Translations under genes and position numbers: made by a program | NCBI GenBank assembly: GCA_025558095.1 | Contig: JAIVFI010000047.1 | Location: forward strand, 1 to 64,000 | Length of the DNA stretch: 64,000 bases | Direction: 5' to 3' | Origin: Hyaloraphidium curvatum SAG 235-1 | Taxonomy: Eukaryota > Fungi > Monoblepharomycota | The notes under the pieces: model-generated | The model's database searches: none | Told to the model about the DNA's origin: nothing | The model's input: only the letters and a program-made list of their open reading frames with translations | Part shown: positions 9,325-22,176 of the stretch, one piece after another | How the letters are laid out: every line of letters starts with the position of its first letter | Position numbering within the stretch: the stretch's first letter is position 1

Positions 9325-10661
9325 CTTTCGGTCGGGGAGCGGAGAATGGGTGAACGCGGGAAGGGGACGGGTGTCCCTGACAAGGCTGCGGGCGGGATGG
9401 GGGCGGGGGATCGGACAGATGCCTCCCTTCCCGGACGGGGGCGGATCAAACGCGGGGCGGCATCTGACAAGCCGATCGGTCCGTCTGCTCGTCGAGAACC
9501 GCGGTTCGGAAGGGGAGGACGATCGGACGCGTTGTTTGACTGACTGACTTGCGTTCGCCAAGAGGGCTCCCCTCTGTTCGGCTAGCAACCCGCTGCGAGC
9601 AGTTCGGACGCCGCCAATACGCACGATCGAACGGTCGACCATCGCTGATGGGATGGAATCCGTCTGTTTGTCGCCGCCGCCGGCGAGCTGAGGGCCCAGC
9701 GCGCGGGATGCCGCAGGCTGTGCTTCCGCACGCACGCGACAGCGGAAGCCGCCGGTGTTTGGCAGCCTGCTGCTCGGTGGATGTCGATCCAGACTGCAAA
9801 GGATGCGCGGGAATAGGACGCCGGATGTCGCTGGCACCGCCCGGTGGGGGTCGGTCGGCGGGCTGGGGCTTCGGGTCCTGGGAGAGGGCAGAGGCGTCGA
9901 TCGAAGGGGTGCTTGGAACCGTCTATCGAACCGATCGGCCGCCTCTCCCTGCGGATGATTTAGCACGCCATCCGCATTGCCGATCCCCGCCCCCTGCGGT
10001 GCCGCCCCGGGTCCGCCTCGGTACGGTCCCCCGCGCTCGAAGAGGAAGGAGGGATCGGCGCGCCGCGGCGCCTCCCCCGCGGGGGACCCGATCGGCGGCC
10101 GGAGGCATGCTGCGGAGGCTGGCTGCCAGCTGCGATTGCTGCGGCGCGGGGGGATCGGGCGGCGGCCGGGGGTTGTTGGGCCCTTGCTGTTTGTCCATCC
10201 AGGCCCCAGCGCGAAACCAGCGAGGGCTGGTGGTGTGCAAGTCCCCCGAGAAGAACCCCCACAGCAGGGGTTTGCCAGCACCTGTGCGGCGCGCGCGGCC
10301 GCGGATCCAGGTGCGTTTGCTGCCGGCGGGCGGGGCGGGCGGGGCGAGCGGGGCGCGGGGCGCGCGGGGGTTCGGGAGCGCGGCCGTGTTTGCCGGTCGC
10401 GGCGGCGCTCCGCCCAGCGCGGCGCCGCGCCATTGAATTCGGCCGCGCCGCGGATCGGCCGCGGGAGGGCGGCGCGCGGCCGGCGGCGCGCGCGGCCGGG
10501 CGGGGAGCGACGCACCGCGCACCCCGGGCGACACCCTCCGCCCGCCACGTCGATCGGCGCACGCCGCATTCTGACCGCCGCTCCCGCACTCCGCTCCTCG
10601 TCGCAGGCTTCCGCCGGCCCGCACACGCCGCATGGCTTGAGCCGCGCCCGCAGCCCCCGCA

Positions 10662-12435
10662 ATGGACCCCATGGCCGTCGACCCGCCGGCTGCCGACCCG
10701 GCCGCGGACGCAAAGCGCGGCGCGGACTCGGAGGACATGCCCATGCCGGCGCCGGGCCCGGTGCCCAACGTGGCCGCTCCCGCGCCCGCTGTGCGCATCC
10801 CCGCGGCCGCGGCGGGTGCGCCGCCCGGCCTGCTGAGCCCCGCCAGCGAGGCGCACGCCTCGGAGGACGCGGTCATGGCGCTGCTCTCGATGAGCAACGG
10901 CCGCGCGAGCCCCGGCCCGCAGGCGACGCAGCCGCTGCCCGCTGTGTTCGTGTCGCCTTCGACGCCCGTGACAGGCCCCGCGCAGGCAGCCGACGGCGCC
11001 GACCCGCCGCACCCCACGCGCAAGCGCCGCTCGGAGGACCTCGCCGAGGCCGCAGCCGCATCCGCCGCGGGCGGCGCGCACTCGCCGGACCGCAGGCCGT
11101 CCCCCGAGCCCGCCGACCCCGCGCAGCGCCCCCGCTCCCCCTTCCAGCACCGCGCCCACTCGCCGCAGCACCACGCGCGGCAGCTCTCCCCCGCCCTCGC
11201 CGCGCAGATGGGCCACGCCATGCAGGGCGCGTACCTCGTCGACTCCGCAACCGGCCTGCCCGTGCACTACGCCTTTTCCGGCGCCCCCGGCATCGCCTAC
11301 GCCCACCCGCACGCATACCCATACGGCTACCCCGCGCAGGCCGCGGGCCAGGCCCCGCACTCGCCCGGCTCGCTCGTGGCCGTGGTGGTGCCCACCAACC
11401 CCGCCTGGGCCGCCGGCGCGCTCGGCGGGCCGGGCGGCGTGGTGTTCCAGCACTTTGCCCCCGCCCATCAGCAGGGCGGCAAGCGCGGCTCGCTGCCCCC
11501 GGGCGGCTACGCGGCCTACCCGCCCGTGTTCCCCGTCTCGACGAGCCTCGCACCCGCGGGGTCGACCGAGTGGCCCGCGGGCTTCCAGCAGGCCGGGCAG
11601 GCCCGCCTGCACCCCTCTGGCCTCGTCCTGCCCCCGCCGAGCATGGTGGTCGACGAGGCCTCGTCCCCCGAGACCAACGCCACGAACCGCACCTCGCCCA
11701 GCGACGCCTCGCCCGTCTCGTCGACGCTGTACCCTGGCGACGGCAAGAAGTCGGCCTCGGACGCCGAGGACGCGGGCGCGAAAAGGCGCAGGGGGCACCG
11801 CCGCAACCTGACCGCCACCTCGACGGGGTCCGCGGGCTCGGCGCACTCGGGCGCGGCGTCGGCGGCGTCGTCGCGCGAGGCGAGGGTGTTCCAGTGCGAG
11901 CAGTGCGGCAAGGTGCTCAAGAGCTCGGGGCACTACCACCGGCACCGCAGGGAGGTGCACGAGCGCAAGCGCGACTACGGTACGTTGCCCCGGCGCGCCA
12001 TCTCGCTCTCCGTCCAATCTGACCATCCCGCCCTCCACGTTCACAGTGTGCACGGTGTGCAACGAGGCCTTCTCCCGGCAGGAGCACCTCTCCCGCCACA
12101 TGGCCTCCCACGAGCGCGGCACCGCGCACCCCGCCGTGCGCATGGCCGGCGGCTCCGGCTCCCCCGGCCTCTCGTCGTCCTCGTACGAGCACGGCAGCTC
12201 GCCGCGCTCGATCCTCTCGGACCTCGGGCCGTCGCCGGTGCTCGCGGCCGCGGGCCACCACGGCGAAGCGGGGGACGACGGCAGGTCCGCGTTCCAGAAG
12301 CCGGAGGGGGTGCCGGTGCAGCCGCACGGGGTGCAGGGGGACGGCAAGGCCGGGGAGGACCTGGTGGTGCCGTCGCCCATCTCGGCGGCGGCCAACCCGG
12401 GGGAGCACTTCTGGCGGGACGAGCGCACGCAGTGA
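10662..12435 (+). CDS. C2H2 zinc-finger transcription factor (2 fingers)
   Basis: FQCEQCGKVLKSSGHYHRHRREVH; intron 11980-12046; VCTVCNEAFSRQEHLSRHMASH. Confidence 0.88.
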
Positions 12436-12695
12436 CCGCCGCGCGGCGACCGGCGCGCCCGCTGCCGGGGGGGTTTCCGGGAAAGAATTGTAGATTAGCA
12501 GCATACCTGTGGTCGTTTGCCGGCTGGGGCTTGGACGCTGTGACGTTGTGGGATTTGTAGGTCGTAGGATACACGTAATCACGGTTGGATAAAAGCACTC
12601 GCATGGTGTACAATCGCCCGGGCGTCCGTCCCACCCGCACGCAAATACTCTAGTCCCATCTGTCTAGAACTCCGTCGTCCGTTGATGGTGTCCAA

Positions 12696-14618
12696 TCAAG
12701 CCTGCACCGCGACGCGGTTGGCGGACGCGGACGCCGATCCCGCGCGCATCCCCGAGAAGGTGAAGGGCAGGTCGAACGGCGGCGACGACGCCACGACACC
12801 CCCGATCGCATCCGCCACCACCTCCCCCGTCGCCTTGCTCACGATCAACCCGCCCCTCTCCTCGTGCCCCCCCTCCTCCCACGCGCTCGGCAGGCCGAGG
12901 AACCGCAGCCGCACCACGGATTCGGCGCTCTCGAACGACGCCTCCATCCACCCCCTGCGCAGCCCGAACGCCTCGTTGACGACGTACACGGGCTCCCCCT
13001 TGAGCGGCTCCGCCGACGCGCGGAGGATCTCGACGCTGGTGAGGTACGGGTCCGTCCGGCGCTGCATGTGCCACGCGCCCTCGTCCCACAGCTTGACCAC
13101 GCTGCGCAGCGGGGCGGGGATGTCCGCCTGCGGGAACAGGACGCGGAGCTGCCGCACGAGGTGGGCTTCCCAGGATGAGGGGGACATGCCCGAGCCGGTG
13201 GCGTGGCGCCAGTGGAGCGCGACGCAGTCGCCGGCGACGTACGAGACGTGCAGGGCGGCTTCGCCCTTGGCGCCGCGGCCGAGGTACGGGACGACTTGGC
13301 CTGCAAGGCACGCAGATGTAAGGACCCATGGAGCAGTGGTCGGAGAGCGACGTACCGAGGCAATTGCCGGCGCCCGAGATGCCGTCGAGGTAGCCCGTGC
13401 TCCCGTTGGCGGCGATGATCGGCTCCCACCACGCGTGCGGGAACAGCAGCGCGGCCTTGAACGCGACATCGGGGTACGAGTGCCGCAGCAGCGGCGTGGC
13501 AAGGAGGTCCTCGGGCACGGCGCCGCGGATCTTGGCCAGCGCGAGCGGCGGCACGGCGAAGGCGACGCGCGAGGCGGTGAAGGTCTTTTCGCGCGAGGTG
13601 CGCACGGTGTAGCAGTCCCCGCCGCGGCGGCCGGCCGCGCGGCGCTCCGCGTCCGAGCAGCGGTCGACCTTTTCGACGGCCATGGCGACCGACATCCGCA
13701 CCACGCCGCGCCGCGAGAGCTCCTCCGTCATGAGCCGGGGCACGTTGCCGATGCCCCCGCCGACGGGGCGGAAGTGGTTCGAGGGTCCCGAGCCCCACAT
13801 CCGGAACATGTCCAGGCTCCAGCGTGGGTCGACGTCGTGGAAGGACGAGGTGAAGCCGCCGAACTCGACCTCCTTGAGGTACGAGACCGCCTCCGGGCCG
13901 TACTTGGCGAGCAGTATGTCGTAAAGGTCCGTGTACCCGCGCAGGACGCGCGTGCTTTCATCCGTAGGCGGCAGCTGCGCGATCAGGTCGGCAAGCACGC
14001 TGGCGTTGCCGAACGGACCGTCCGCAAAGACGGGATAAGCGGCCCTGCGCACGGCGCCGTTTTCGACCTCGGCCGAAGAGTAGATCTTTCCGCGCGCCTC
14101 GCGGAACTTGCCCTGCACCTGCCACCGCCGGAGCGTCATGTTGTACCGCTCCACCGCGCTGCGCCAGACTTTCGGGTTGTGGTCCTGGTCGATGCGCCAT
14201 CCGCCGAGCCCGACCGGTTCCAAATCGCCGCCGACGGGGTTGCCGTCCTCGTCCGGCCAATACCAGTCGTACGCACGGCCGCCGAACCGGAGCTCGCGCT
14301 CAAAGATGCAAATGTCGGAGGGCTTGAGGAGCTTGTGGTCCAGGAGCTCGAGGGCCAGATGGAGCCCTGTACGCGGACGGACGATCAGCACCCCGATACG
14401 CGTGCCCCGAAGGAAGCGGGGCCGCAATCGCGTTTGTAACTACCTCCGACGCCGCCTCCGACGATGGCCAGCTCGCAGTGGTCGGGACGGGCGCCCGCCG
14501 CGGCCGGGAGATTGGAATCGCCCGCGCCGAGTCTCCCACGCGCCCCGAGCTGGAATGCCGCCTGAATGCCCGCGCCGAGGCAGGCGCCGACGGCCAGCAG
14601 TGCTGCTGATCCGATCAT
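12696..14618 (-). CDS. Flavin-dependent amine / L-amino-acid oxidase family protein
   Basis: LAIVGGGVG|GL (intron 14443-14367), IFERELRFGGR, LGGWRI, intron 13355-13301, C-terminal NEAF..RGWMEAS. Confidence 0.85.
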
Positions 14619-14775
14619 GGTGCGCGATGCGCTCGAATCGGCGCGCACTGCGAGTGACGATCGTTTGGAAACCGCGTCCCGTCTGCTGTCCTGCGCGCAT
14701 CGCAACTGCAAACTCACGGACGGCCCGACCTTGTGATCACTCCCCTTCGACGACGGAAAGAGTTATATGTGGTTA

Positions 14776-16566
14776 CTAACTACACAAAAGCGGCTCTTCC
14801 GACACTTCGTCGTCCTGGCCCTCGGGATTGGGAGTGGGTCCTCTCGTCGAGGATACCCGGATCTGCTTCCACTCGTCCAGCTTCCACTGCCCCTCGCCGC
14901 CCTCGCCGTCCGGGTCCTCCTTGGCGCTCGTCCAGTCCCTCATCTTCTCGCAGAAATCGCACGCCCCCTTGAAGCCGTCGGCCTGCTTCAGCGCCTTGCA
15001 GGGGTCGCCCGAGGTGGCGATCTTGTCCACGGCTTCGCGGAGATCGGTGCCCGCAGCGAGCAGCTCGCGCGGCTCCACGGGGTCGACTTGGATCTGCCGC
15101 AAGCCGCTGTTCGGAGGTCAGCCACCACTTCGCGGCCAGCTGCGACAACACCCACTGGTAGGGGTTCAACAGGTCCTCATGATCGCGCATCTTCTTGAAC
15201 TCCGCCTTCGACAGGTACTCGTCCGACTCGGGCGACATCTGCTTGATGGCGTGAACGGCTGCGTGGAGCAGCGAAAAGAACGAGGCGGCCGGGTCGGAGT
15301 ACTGGAGGGCCATGGACTGGGCGGCCCCGCACTTGACGAGCAGCTTGAGCTTGGTGTCGCCCCCGACGGAGCTGGTTGCCGATTTCCGGTTGCCTCCGCG
15401 GCCTATTCCGGCCGTCTGCTCAATCTCCATGCGGATGACGCGGGTCTTGAAGGAAATGTGCTGCGAAAAGAGCTCCGTAAGCGTTTCGCGTAGGGAAGCC
15501 TCGTCGCTTGCGCTCACGAGGGACGAGAGGCCATGCTCCGTGATCCGCATGTAGAACGGGTAGCGCCCCAACTGCCCCGGTGTCCGGTTGATGTCGATGT
15601 CCTTCGACTTGGCCCAATTCGCCAGGGCAATGTGGATCTCGTCGCTCTTCGGTGCGCAGGTGAGAGGTAGCCTCGCGAAGAAGATGGATTACAACGAACC
15701 TTTTCGATCTTCCTCTTCTTGCCAGTCTGCGGAACGACGGGCAGCTCAAGAGCCGGGCTGGCGGGCCTCTTGCCGATGCTTTTGGGATCCGGCAGGTCGT
15801 CGTCGTCATCGCCGTCGTCCGCCTTGGCCTTGGCAGGTTTGGCCTTCGGTCGCCTCAAAGGGACCTTCTTTGCCTTGGCCTTTGGCGGCGACTGAGATGC
15901 AGGGTCCGTAATCTGGATCGGGTCCCCGACCGGGCTGAACTGCTCGGCAATGTCATCGGGCGGCAAGAAATCGTCGTCCGCTGCAGAGGCATGCCGACCG
16001 TTGGCATTCGAGCGCGCAGTGGGTCCCCTTTCGGCGTCAGGGGTCGGAGAAACGTGGTCACGAGGAGCAGGGTAGCGGGCGGAGCTCCGCTGGATTACTC
16101 TGAGCGGCGCCTTGCCCTTGGAGGCGGACGCCCCAGCCGGATCCGCGGTGAAGCCCGGAACGAAAGGCGCCGGTTCCCCCTTGGGGAACAGGGTAGCGTC
16201 CTCAAACGCCGTGCCGCCAGGGACTCGGAAGAGGGTGAAGAGGTGGAGCATGACTTGAAGACCGCTCGGCACAACTTCTTTGTGCTCAGGTTCGTCCCCT
16301 TCGGCGTGGCCCTCTTCGGCCTGTGCCCAACCGCGCACGAGCTTGCGGGCGACCTCCATCTCGGGATGGTTGACAAAGGTAACAAGATCGAGGAAACAGT
16401 TTCGTGCGTTGTCGGCGGCCGAGGGCGCCAAGGAGAGGCCCAGATGCGAGACCATCTTCTGGACCGTCGGGGCGAGGTTCGGAGGGAAGGTTCGCAGCAG
16501 GAAGGCCTCGACCGAGTGCGCCGGCTCCCACTCGTCCGCCATGTCGAACGGACGGCCGCCTATCAT
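14776..16566 (-). CDS. Hypothetical multi-exon protein
   Basis: Successive coding-like frames (16566-~15700, ~15650-15150, ~15100-14776) separated by GT-AG introns; no family recognised. Confidence 0.6.
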
Positions 16567-16757
16567 GCGCGGCTCCCGCCGAGAAGGAGCGTGCGGTTTG
16601 GAACTTTCGGGTGACTTTGGTCCCGCGAGCACTGCTGGCGGGAAGTGGGTCCAGCTGCATCCCGCCAACCGAAACCACCCAGGTCGATCATCGCAACAAG
16701 TGAATAAACGAAGTTTCATACACGATGCTGTGCTTCCCATAGCGGTCCTGCTCCCGA

Positions 16758-17769
16758 TCAGCAGCAGCAACCGCCACCCTTCGCGGGTTTCCATGGATGG
16801 TGAGAGAAGACGCAGAACTGAAGCAGCATGCCCACGCCGGCAAACACACCGCAGCCCACAACCATGCCGATCAGCGCCGGCGTCCAGTTCCAGCCGTCGA
16901 ACTCCTGGAATTGGCCCTTGAAGAGGACCGTGAGCATCTGGTTGAAGCCCACTTGAACGAAGAAGTCTGGGTTGATCCCGGTCAGATTCACGCTGCCTTC
17001 CGATCCAACCGCATGACGTACCGATGCCCCAGAACGTGGAGACCGACCCTGCGATCGAGGTACTGTAGGAACCCATCGCGTCAGCCAAAGCATCGAGAAG
17101 CAGGCACCGCCAGAACGGACCTGATGATGATCAAGGGCGTCTGCAGGAACCATATGGCGATTGCGCCGACGATCGCCAGCACCACAATGATCACGATGCC
17201 TCCCCACGAGGGAAGCACGTTGGACAAGAGCCCCGAGATGAACAGGCCCAGGAAGAGGCCTCCGACCGCGCCCAGCACGATGAGGCCGAGCTGCCACAGC
17301 AAGCCCAGGAGCAGGCCGCCCACGAGGCCGGCACCGGCAGTGACGCCCACATAGAGCCAGTAACGGTTGACGGGGTAGCCGACGCCGTTCGCGGGCTCAA
17401 ACACGTAGAGGAGCGTGTAGGCGATAATACCGAAAAGGTAGGCTCCCGCGAAGAACAGACAAATCCTGAACAGTCTGATGCCGAAGAGGCACATGAGCAC
17501 ACCCGCAACGATGGTGATAACGCCTGTGGAGCGAGGGAATGAGGGACGGCCAGGGGACTAAACGGCTTCCACTGACCCGCGGTGATGCCGGCCGCCGTGA
17601 TTTGGTTCGCGACCGTGTTCGGGTCGGGGAAATAGAAGGGGGGAGGCAGCTTCTGGGCGCTAGCCGCCAGGAAGTTGCCGATGAGGACGGCGAGGAAGAG
17701 GATGGCCTTCCACGCCGTGGCCAGGGGTTGCGACGCCGCGGGCCGTCGAGGCCCGCGGGCAGAGTCCAT
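16758..17769 (-). CDS. TMEM198/TM7S3-like (DUF4203) multi-pass membrane protein
   Basis: LMCLFGIRLFRICLFFAG, LGAVGGLFLG, STSIAGS..FWGID; three introns; ends GGGCCC*. Confidence 0.82.
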
Positions 17770-17949
17770 TCCGGTGAAGGCGCCGGCGGCGGACACCGGC
17801 GCTCTCCGACGCAAACATGCCGAGTGTGGTTGGCGTTCCATTGTGTAAGGGGGTCGTTCAGGCGCTTCGCTCTTTTGAGAAGTCGTCGAACGGGGCACAG
17901 CACCACCAAGCCCTCGGCACAGCCGATGCGCCGCAACAAGCCCGGATGC

Positions 17950-18130
17950 TGAGACGCCTGTACTCAGCGATACACTCGCAGGAGTCCATCCGTCCCTGCA
18001 GCTACCCGGATCCTCTCCCATGGTTGCTCCTGCTGCCGCTCAATCACGCCGCGGCAACCTCGCCCGCTTCTGTGCCCAGATCGACCTCCGCCTCGGTCAC
18101 CAATTCCGCCTTCCCCAAAAGTGGAAGGCC
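17950..18130 (-). pseudogene. Degenerate duplicate of the 3' end of the WD40 gene (19326-19506)
   Basis: Near-identical DNA; encodes ERIRVAAGTDGLLRVYR* versus ERILVAAGTDGLLRVYR*, with indels. Confidence 0.85.
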
Positions 18131-18748
18131 TTCTGTTAGCTGTCATTCTTTTCTTGTGAGCCCCTTCGGCGGGGATACTTGCCTTTACAACATGTTTCGA
18201 TTGGACCGCTATGACCGCCTTTCGTTCGGTCTGGACGTTGCTGATCGGCGTCGGCGTTCAACAAGGCTCCGTCGACGGGAGGAATTCCTCGTTCGTATTC
18301 AAGAACTGTCAATTCTCCCTTGAGTGAGCCATATAGACTTGTAGGTCGGCGCTAACTTGATTTCGTTGGGCAGCGTATCCAGCGAGTACTCATCAAGCGT
18401 TCGTTACGGAAGAGATCGGAGAAAAGCAATCCACGAAGATGAAAGAAGAGAACATAAGCACGGCTATCTTTTGGGGAAAGTCGAAAGAAAGACGCGAAGC
18501 GTCGTATTGGGATGGGGTGAAGTCCTTGGCAGCACCAGCCCCGACTTGGTCTCCCACCATTCACCCGCCGCCACCCAGTTTCACATTCCACGGCGACCGG
18601 CGGCCATCCGCGCGACAGACGGACGCCACCGCAGAGCCTTGCTTTCGGGTTGGTCGTCGGGGCGCTGCGCCCTGGGCTTGATGCGGTCTGACCCGGGCGA
18701 CCCCACCGCGCCGCGCCGCCCAGCGCCCCTCACCCACAGCCCTACCGA

Positions 18749-19128
18749 ATGGCCGCCTCCGCTCCCGCGTGGGTCACGGACTACTACAAGGTCGTCGACC
18801 AGAAGTCTATTCCCGCGCTCCTCCCCCATCACACTGAGGATTCGGTCATCAAGTTTGCAAACAACCCCCCCGCCGTCGGGCACGATGCCATCGCGGCGTC
18901 TATCGGCCCCTTCTTTTCATCAATTGCCGGGATGAAGCACCGCTTTGTCAACGTCTGGGAGCAGGGGCGGGGAGCACAGCCGTCCTCGAAGCCCTGGTCA
19001 CATACACCAGGCTCGACGCAAAGGAGGTCGTGGTGCCGTGCGTGTCCATCCTGGACCGCGACGTCCAACACGGAAAAGTGAAGGAGCTCAGGGTGTTCAT
19101 TGATTTGGCCCCGGTCTTCGCTCCCTAG
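18749..19128 (+). CDS. SnoaL/NTF2-like protein with a 1-nt frameshift (~18965-18972)
   Basis: FANNPPAVGHDAI...HRFVNVWEQ, then in another frame AVLEALVTYTRLDAKEVVVPCVSIL...LRVFIDLAPVFAP*. Confidence 0.8.
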
Positions 19129-19340
19129 TTTGTTCAAGCACAGCCGGGGAGGAACCAATGGAGGCTCTGGAAACGCGGACAGAGAGCCCCGGTTGCATGA
19201 GCAGCCCCAAAAGGTGGAGATCCGAGGAACAAGGAACGAATCATGGGGACATAACTACTCGAACAATTGTATTGCGACTAATAGCAAAGCTTGCGGAATC
19301 TGACCGTGCCGCCGTCCATGACATCCTGAGGTGCCTGTAC

Positions 19341-22011
19341 TCAGCGATACACTCGCAGGAGCCCATCCGTCCCTGCAGCTACGAGGATCCTCTCCTTGGG
19401 GTTGCTCCTGCTGCCGATCCACGCCGCAGAAGCAACCTCGCCGGCCTCAGCGCCCAGATCGACCTCCACCTCGGTCGCCGATTCCGCCTTCCAGAAGTGG
19501 AGGCCCGCCTTGGTCGAGGGACCGTCGTCCGCTCCCCGTGGTCCAACCTCGGTGGCGTACACGTACTTTGCGCACGGGGAAAAGCTCCCAACGATATTCG
19601 ATCTGGGATCGACATGGCGGCTGTTGAAGTTCAGCACGATCCCGCCGCTCCAGCATTCCACCAATAACACTGAGCAGCCGGCCGATACGAGAACGTGGGT
19701 TCTGGGGCCTGATGGATGGCAGGCAATGGCGCTGATGTGCGTTTTGCTGGGAGTGAAATCAGTTATTGGGGATCTCTAACAGCCTGGTGGGATACCCACC
19801 TTTCCTTCAACGACGGTAGGCGGACGCTCTTCAGCAGATTCAGCTCAAGGGCATCGTAGATCTTCAGTGCATAGCTCAGTCCGGCGATCAGCAGGGCCTT
19901 GCCGTGTCCCCTCGCGACTTCTGCCGCATTGTCCTCCGCCGGCGCAAAGTCGAACCCCCCGAAAGGCTCGTTGGCATGGACCCTTTTCGCGTCGTCAGTG
20001 TCCTCCAGACCGCTGTCGAGCGCAGTTTCGTCGTCATCCCTGCGAGCCTTGTCCTCCATGACCGCCCTCCAGACTTTCAAGCTGTGATCGGTCGAACAGG
20101 ACACGGCATAGTCCGCCATGTCGCCAAGTCCCTGAAGGACGGGAAAGAAGCTGCACTTGCTGATTGGCCGCGAATGCCACTTTCTCCAGCGCCGAAGCAT
20201 CTTGCCGGTCGTCAGGTCCCAGAGTTTGCAATCCATGGCCGCATCGCACGTCATGGCCAGAGGCGAGCTCGAATGCAGGGCAACGTGGGAGATGGCTTTA
20301 GTAGTCGAAAGCTCGAGGAAAGGCTCGCCTCCCGAGCTTTCTTCAGAAAGGTCGAAGAAAGCAGCGCCTTTGCCGCACTGGGCCGCGACCACACCAAAGC
20401 TGGCGGATGATTGGTTGACGAACAGGAAAACCACTCGGATGAAGGTTCTCACCTGGAGTTGACGACGATGTCCAAGCTGCGGACAGCTTGGAGAGGTCCC
20501 AGCACACCATCCAAGTCAAAGTTCACGGTCTCGCCAGCTTGAAGAGGAGCGGGCACAGACTGTCTGTGCCTTGACGGCTCAATCTCTTGAAAGCTCCTGG
20601 TGTCAATTTTTGCAGGCTTCTTGCCGTCATCCGCCGAGCTTGACGGCGGCGGAGTACCAAGACGTCCTGGCATCGTTCCCGTCTTTGATGCCTCCTTAGC
20701 ACGGCGAAGGAGATGCTCCGCTCTTGCTATGGCATTGGAGCGGCGCTTTTCCGTGACTGGCGTCTGATCAGCGTCCGCCTCATCGTCTGCAGTTTGCGTT
20801 TGGCCCCCCAGACACGCCGACACCATGAAGCGCGAAACCATCCAATACTCAAATAAGGCTCCCAGCTCGAGCGGTGGGGCCAGCTCGGCGCTGCTATCCA
20901 CCGTAGCTAGCTCGGATCTGAGGGATTCGGCTGCAGCAGGGAATCGATCCGAGAGCCACCGAAGAACTGCAAGGTCAATCCAAGTGGCAACCTGTTCATT
21001 CGGTTCCCCCTTTCCACGTTCGCTATCCAAAAGAACATCCCCAATGTCCGCCACGCAGCCCAAGCACGAATGAAGTCGGTTGAGGTCCGTTTCGCATTGC
21101 AGAACCCGAGAGACGAGGAGATCAAGAGTTGGTACGAGATCTTTGGAAACGAAGACCTCAGAAGTTTCCGTCCAACTGCCTTGTCCAACGGGGCTAGAGT
21201 GCTGGTCGAAAGTGTCCAAATCCAGAGCAGGCAGGCCATGCAGAGTCGCAGTCGAAGACTGAACTTGTGCCTCCAAGGAAACTCGAGCGGAAGAAGGTCT
21301 GGAAAACTGTCCCTCTCCTCGACGCAGGCGCTGCCCTCTAGAAGCCGATCCGTTTGCATTGTCAGCAGCGCCATCGCCGCGTGGAGTGCCAAGCGCGTTG
21401 AACCCAGCCGTAGCCGGTGCCCGGTCGGCCCCTTTCGCGTCGAGGCCTGATGGGTCTTGGAGCAAATCGCGCAGGGCACTCGAATCGTTGCCTCTTCGCG
21501 TCCGCGGTCCTACGCGCGACCTCGGATCGGCAGTCGCAGAAGCCGACGCTCCGCGAAGCCCTTCCGTAGTCCGTCCTCCGCTCGACGTCACAGCGCTCGG
21601 CCCGTCATCTTCGAGCCTTGGATCTTCTCCGCTCTGCCCAGGCTCGGCAGTTGCCGCCGGAAATGGATCTCTTGCTGCCGGAGAGAACGCAGCGTGTCCA
21701 CCGCGTGACTCGCCACGGCCTACGCGAGGGGCAATGCCCTGGTTGTCCAACCCGGGCGAATCTCCCGGCGGCACAGGGATCCCGTAGTACGGAACGTGCC
21801 CCATCGGCCAGTAGTACGGAAGCGGAGGATGGCCGGCGCTCGGAGGAAAGGGTGTCGGAAATGGTTGCGAGACCAGGGTCGCTCTTTCGGCCGGCAACCG
21901 TCCGGTGCCGTCCAAAAAAGGAGCAACTGCTGGTGCCCATGGAGAGCATTGAGGAAGGTGTTCGGAATCGGGGACAGGTCGCTCCCACGGGGGAGATTCG
22001 GCGGGGGGCAT
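19341..22011 (-). CDS. LisH-like + WD40-repeat protein, multi-exon
   Basis: IDLAVLRWLSDRFPAAAESLRSE; CKLWDL, STDHSLKVW, GTDGLLRVY. Confidence 0.78.
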
Positions 22012-22176
22012 TGGTGGGTCGTCGCAGACTGTTTACGCATCGCCAGTCATCCCCCGTGTCCGTGTCCGCGAGGGCCACAAGATCCGATCATCTAGTCCTT
22101 TCTCTCCGACACGTTTCCACGTTCTCGTCAACCTTGCCTGAGCAACGAAGGCCCCAAACCTTCCTTCTAGGGCGAT

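Noticed and set aside
9923-12640. Several long overlapping ORFs (822, 681, 432 aa), likewise 29076-31829 and 44121-44999
   Set aside because: Arg/Gly/Ala/Pro-rich shadow frames of GC-rich genes.
18140-18740. Possible small spliced gene on the plus strand
   Set aside because: One intron-like signal but no convincing ORF or motif; treated as a remnant.
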